Source: Hyphochytrium catenoides
Lineage: Eukaryota; Protista; Hyphochytriomycota
Direction of reading: 5' to 3'
Assembly: GCA_900088475.1 (NCBI GenBank)
Contig: FLMG01004035.1
Location: forward strand, 11,660-75,659
Length of the DNA stretch: 64,000 nucleotides
Positions 61,388 to 64,000 of the stretch are shown one piece after another. Every line of letters starts with the position of its first letter. Position 1 is the first letter of the stretch. The notes beneath the pieces were generated by a model. That model did no database searches and was not told where the DNA came from. It was given only the letters and a program-made list of their open reading frames with translations. The translations under genes and the position numbers were made by a program.

Positions 61388-61897
61388 GGTTTAATTATAT
61401 AAAAGCATAATGGGGAAAGCAGAGAGATCGCTCCAATAAGCAGATCTCTGCCCTGCTCTCGAGGATCTCGACACCTCAGCAGTCTTATCCATCCATAGAC
61501 CACAAGCGAGGCGGGCAACCATGGAGCTAGGGCCACACGCCATATGCAGCTGTCCAGACAGTACTTCTTTGACGCGGCCTCTGCCTGTTGCGCATGAGCT
61601 CGGCTTTCAACGGGCTCAAGCCCTGAAGCAGTCCAGGGCTGCCTCCTAGACAGTTGGCAAAGCCGCCTGCCATGCATCTGAAACAGTGCTCGGCGGATGT
61701 AACACACGCTTCTGACTTGCAATATTACCAGAAAGTACTGAAATAATTCAATCTTTGAACTTTTCTCAGGGTCTTGTTTCCCGCAGCGGCTCAGAAGTTT
61801 AAAGAGTTATGAAACCTTTCATTTAGGAAATTAACTGAAAGCAGAAATTGGCCCTGCCCAGGGCACCGAGGACACGACTCGCGCAACCATTTTCCTC

Positions 61898-62482
61898 ATG
61901 CGCTCGATCATCGGAGACCTTGATTGTGAGGACTGGGCAGAGACAGCTTGGGCTCGAGCAAGAATAGGTGACTCTTTGGTAGCGACAAAGCACGTTCAGG
62001 CGACGCTGCAGCAGTCCTTTCTCTTTGCTGCATGCGCCGGGCATAAGGAAGAGTTATCAGACAGTTTCTATTCCCGTTTAAGAGTGATTCTTAGGGATGG
62101 GGAAGTCGTGCGGAGAAGCCGCCCAAGCGTTGAAAGATTGTCTGCAGCAAACAGAGTGCTATCAAAGTGGCAAGACGCTGAAAGAATGCATGAAAGAGAC
62201 CGAAGACTGCATGGTGAGGCCTTGTTTCCCTGTCTGAAGGTTCTTAGCGCTAGAGCTCAACTGTACGGCCTCAGATCGCTCCGGGAGAGGGGGCGACGCG
62301 GCTGTCTTTCAGCCTTCTGTTACGTTGCTGTCTATCGTCTTGTCCCTTTTTGTCGATTCTGCTCGTCAATCACACTATGTTCTCCCTGACTAGGAGCTGC
62401 GCAGAGCTTACTTTGAATGTAAGCGTAGCTTGCTGGACATGAGAACCCGAATTAGAGGGCCTGCAGGCTATCGGACCAACTA
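61898..62482 (+). CDS. Hypothetical protein
   Basis: 163-aa ORF with helical composition and a possible terminal exon ELRRAYFECKRSLLDMRTRIRGPAGYRTN*. Splice phase is ambiguous. Confidence 0.35.
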
Positions 62483-62836
62483 GGATGTCGTCCTCTCGTC
62501 AGCTGACAGGAGTGCGACAGTTTTCTCAGAGTTGAAGCTTGAAATCGTACGCTTCAGAGCTGGACGTAAAGGAGTCAAGCACCCTACTTCTTATATGCAA
62601 CGAAGCGGAGGTTGGAAGAGTTCGGGAAGCGACCAAAAAGACTTTGTTTAGCAGAACGAGCGGATAACGTTGTGACAACTGAGGAACAGTAAACCGAAGG
62701 AATAACTGGTAGAGAGTCAGCACCCCAAAGCGGTACGAAAGAGCCATGGGGCCCAAGGCGGAGGCGATGAAACTTATCATTTGATGCCTGTCTGGACTGC
62801 GGGGGCAAGAAGGGTCATCTTTTTTTGAAGGTTTAT

Positions 62837-64000
62837 TTATTTCTTCTTCTTCCCACCCTTCTTGGTCGTGTCCTGGTGCCGATGCAGTGCATCAAAGAGC
62901 TGCTGGGGAAGGCACTCGTCTATGAGAAACATCAACAGAGTCTTATTACCCTCTACTGGATCAAAGGCAGGCAGCAGGGCCTCAGCGCCTTTAACTCCAA
63001 TTTCATTGAACATCAGGTCTAAAGACGAGAGAGTTGTATTGCGCTGGAGGGCAGAGCCCAGGGCGGCCATCGCCGATACGTCCTGAGAAGCGGGCAAAGG
63101 TGGTGTTCATATGGCCAAGAAGGCGCGCCGATAAAGAGAGTAGCGATAGACACATTTTTTTCAGTTGAAGTTACGAGTTGCAGCACGGCAGATGAGGAAA
63201 ACCACCAGCGAGACAGAGAAAGACCATAGGTAATGAAGCCAGAGTGGGAGGTTGAGGGAGCAGGCACTGTGTAAGAACTGATTTATCATGAGCAGTTAAA
63301 GTCCTGATCATTTTAGGAAGAGAGTTGCAACATAGATTCGGCCATGATGGCTTCTATGGCAAACAGAGACAACGCAGACGACACAGAACCGCAACAGGTG
63401 TAAAGAGAGAGCAGTTCATCGAAAGAAGAACCCTGGAAGCTTGACAATACCTCTGTCATCCCATTATCTGCGCAATTTAACTCTTGGAGCTTTCGATTTA
63501 TCTGCAGCCCGCGGCACATATCTCTAAAGCCTTGAGAGAGAAGTTTGTTGCCCTATGGTGTCGAAAGNNNNNNNNNNNNNNNNNNNNNNNNNNNNNNNNN
63601 NNNNNNNNNNNNNNNNNNNNNNNNNNNNNTTCCATACTCGTCCCACCACTCTTTGCCAGTCAGTTTCTACCTCTCTCTACCCGCCTATGATTGCCTGCAG
63701 CTGTACCTCCTGTCTATCAGGACTTGAGGAAAGAAGATGCTATTCTTAGGGAGGCAGCCGTCACACTCCTGCCCCAGCAGGCTGCAGCCAAACTAGCAAA
63801 CACCCTTCGCTTACAGAGAGACGATGGGAGACGAGAAGCCACAAGCAAGAGGCACGAGAGAGAGGTACAACCAAGCTGTACTGGGTTGTTCCCTCACCTG
63901 AAGGTTAAGCGTGAGCAGTTGCGAGTCCTTGAAGCCTAACACGTGCCCCAGGACTGTCCCCGCTGCCGGGCCAATGTTGCAATAAGAGAGACTTAGATGC
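62837..64000 (-). CDS. RNI-like leucine-rich-repeat protein with basic KKGGKKKK tail; 5' part outside window
   Basis: LRRs: VSYCNIGPAAGTVLGHVLGFKDSQLLTLNLQ, ICRGLQINRKLQELNCADNGM, ALGSALQRNTTLSSLDLMFNEIGVKGAEAL. Confidence 0.85.
63568..63629. other. Assembly gap (N run)
   Basis: Run of n. Confidence 1.

Noticed and set aside
1-64000. tRNA, rRNA or snRNA genes, CRISPR arrays, intact transposase or RT ORFs, viral inserts
   Set aside because: No cloverleaf with A/B boxes, no spaced repeat array, and no RT, integrase, transposase or capsid motifs were seen by eye.

Overview
Gene-dense, intron-rich eukaryotic nuclear DNA from a draft assembly with five N-gaps. GC is near 50%, introns are GT-AG with relaxed donors, (TC)n/(GA)n tracts are frequent, and the genetic code is standard. 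Gene content suggests a flagellated stramenopile-like protist, possibly oomycete/hyphochytrid-like (inference only). Hand-spliced genes: an F-box/LRR protein, a possible decayed SNF2 (ERCC6L/PICH-like) remnant, a zinc-ribbon PLAC8 protein, a large low-complexity protein, mitochondrial bL35, a multi-pass membrane protein with two PDZ domains, a Tyr/Glu-repeat GPI-type surface protein, a HINT3-like hydrolase, an ATRIP-like protein, a two-repeat (2x6TM) GYG potassium channel, a large soluble-type class III nucleotide cyclase-STAND-TPR protein, a FAM149 (DUF3719) protein, an amino-acid transporter and a truncated LRR gene. The most striking observation is in the cyclase: roughly 300 aa containing two tandem FYVE-type Cys8 zinc fingers are inserted inside its first catalytic domain. 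The insert is invisible in the ORF track because both fingers are split by introns. The cyclase also has Gln/Ala instead of Lys/Thr at the purine-specifying positions, suggesting guanylyl rather than adenylyl activity. No tRNA, rRNA, CRISPR array or intact transposon was seen. All gene models are manual and some exon boundaries are approximate.
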